A stretch of 36,242 nt of DNA from Bryobacteraceae bacterium (GTDB lineage Bacteria; Acidobacteriota; Terriglobia; Bryobacterales; Bryobacteraceae), in assembly GCA_050746645.1 (NCBI GenBank), contig JBOGMI010000361.1, forward strand, positions 1 through 36,242, in the 5' to 3' direction. The position numbers and the translations under genes were made by a program. Below the pieces are notes generated by a model, which was not told the DNA's origin, ran no database searches, and worked only from the letters and a program-made list of their open reading frames with translations. Below are positions 35,636 to 36,242 of the stretch, piece after piece (the stretch's first letter is position 1; the number at the start of each line of letters is the position of its first letter).

Positions 35636-36241
35636 TCAGACCCAAATCTTCTCTGCCCGAATGCCCTCGCGGCAAAGGTCGCAGGAGGCCGCATCGCGGT
35701 AATAGGTTGCCTGCATTTGCGCCAGCGAGAACAGCGGAAGCCCCTCGAAGCTGGCGGCATTGGGGTTGGGCTGGTAGACCGCCACCGCGATGCCCACGAT
35801 GTGCGCGCCTTTGGATTCCACCAGTTTGCGCAGTTCCGTCAAGGTCCTGCCCGAGCGCAGGACATCGTCGACGAGCAGGACCTTTTCGCCCGGCTCCGGT
35901 TCGATGAATTGCCGGAAGCGCATCGGTGAAGTTTCCTCCGCCCAGTACACCTGGCGTGCGCGGAGGGCTTCGCAAACACCGAAGGCGACCGGCAGTCCGC
36001 CCGAATGCGGGCAAACGATCGACAGATCTCGAACCATGGCGCGGATCTCAGGGTCGGCGCGCAGCCGGCGGCTCAGGCCGACGCTGAGGATTTTCGCGTA
36101 TTGGTAATAGCGGAAAGCGAGCGCGACTTGCAGATATTCGTCGGCGTGCATGCCGCTGCGGTATTCAAAATGTCCGTCGCGCAGCGCTCCGGTTTGCCGC
36201 AGCATATCGATGACTTCTTCGTTGGTGGGGATGAGGTGCAC
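35636..36241 (-). CDS. phosphoribosyltransferase, orotate-PRTase-like; the 5' end may lie at or beyond the window edge
   Basis: PRPP-binding loop KVLLVDDVLRSGRTLTEL. The N-terminal GALRDGHFEYRSGMHADEYL is PyrE-like. The GTG at 36241 is 1 nt from the window end and the frame is open to the edge. Confidence 0.8.
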   Translation of the reverse strand: MHLIPTNEEVIDMLRQTGALRDGHFEYRSGMHADEYLQVALAFRYYQYAKILSVGLSRRLRADPEIRAMVRDLSIVCPHSGGLPVAFGVCEALRARQVYWAEETSPMRFRQFIEPEPGEKVLLVDDVLRSGRTLTELRKLVESKGAHIVGIAVAVYQPNPNAASFEGLPLFSLAQMQATYYRDAASCDLCREGIRAEKIWV

Positions 36242-36242
36242 G

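Overview
High-GC (about 60% by eye), gene-dense bacterial chromosomal segment. I call 34 CDS and find no rRNA, tRNA, CRISPR array, transposase, integrase or phage genes. All calls rest on motif recognition in the supplied translations; no search was run.

Taxonomic hint: Acidobacteriota. The evidence is an 805-aa duplicated FtsX/MacB-type orphan permease (ADOP-like) plus short palindromic intergenic repeats. In some frames these repeats read as peptide strings (VETSLDAARTSACAT, PYGRGSV) that I recall from spurious ORFs in acidobacterial genomes. That is memory, not a verified result.

Layout:
- 1-15 kb, mostly housekeeping: CHASE3 histidine kinase, MBL-fold hydrolase, M50-like membrane protease, ftsY, ribD, IMPase, chlorite-dismutase-family protein, thymidine phosphorylase, ADOP permease, zinc-ribbon protein, alpha-glucan phosphorylase.
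- 15-32 kb, more accessory: orphan OpuC/ProV-type ABC ATPase, Tat-exported GH9 glycosidase plus a DUF5995-like protein, low-affinity iron permease, PIG-L deacetylase, mdtABC-type RND operon, Na+/solute symporter with a small membrane partner, araB and araD.
- 32-36 kb, a co-directional minus-strand string: phosphoribosyltransferase, an exported protein translationally coupled to a lipoprotein, ECF sigma, zf-HC2 anti-sigma, and an exported beta-rich protein.

I see no clear-cut novel system such as a defence island. The best candidates for undescribed biology are:
- the ECF-linked trio of uncharacterised exported proteins;
- an unannotated 48-aa membrane ORF between the zinc-ribbon gene and the ADOP permease;
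- a 378-nt structured intergenic region;
- a perfect heptamer tandem repeat that forms the whole ftsY-ribD spacer;
- at least three families of dispersed or palindromic intergenic repeats;
- a recurrent leaderless-type promoter geometry;
- an apparent frameshift in the signal peptide of the PIG-L gene.
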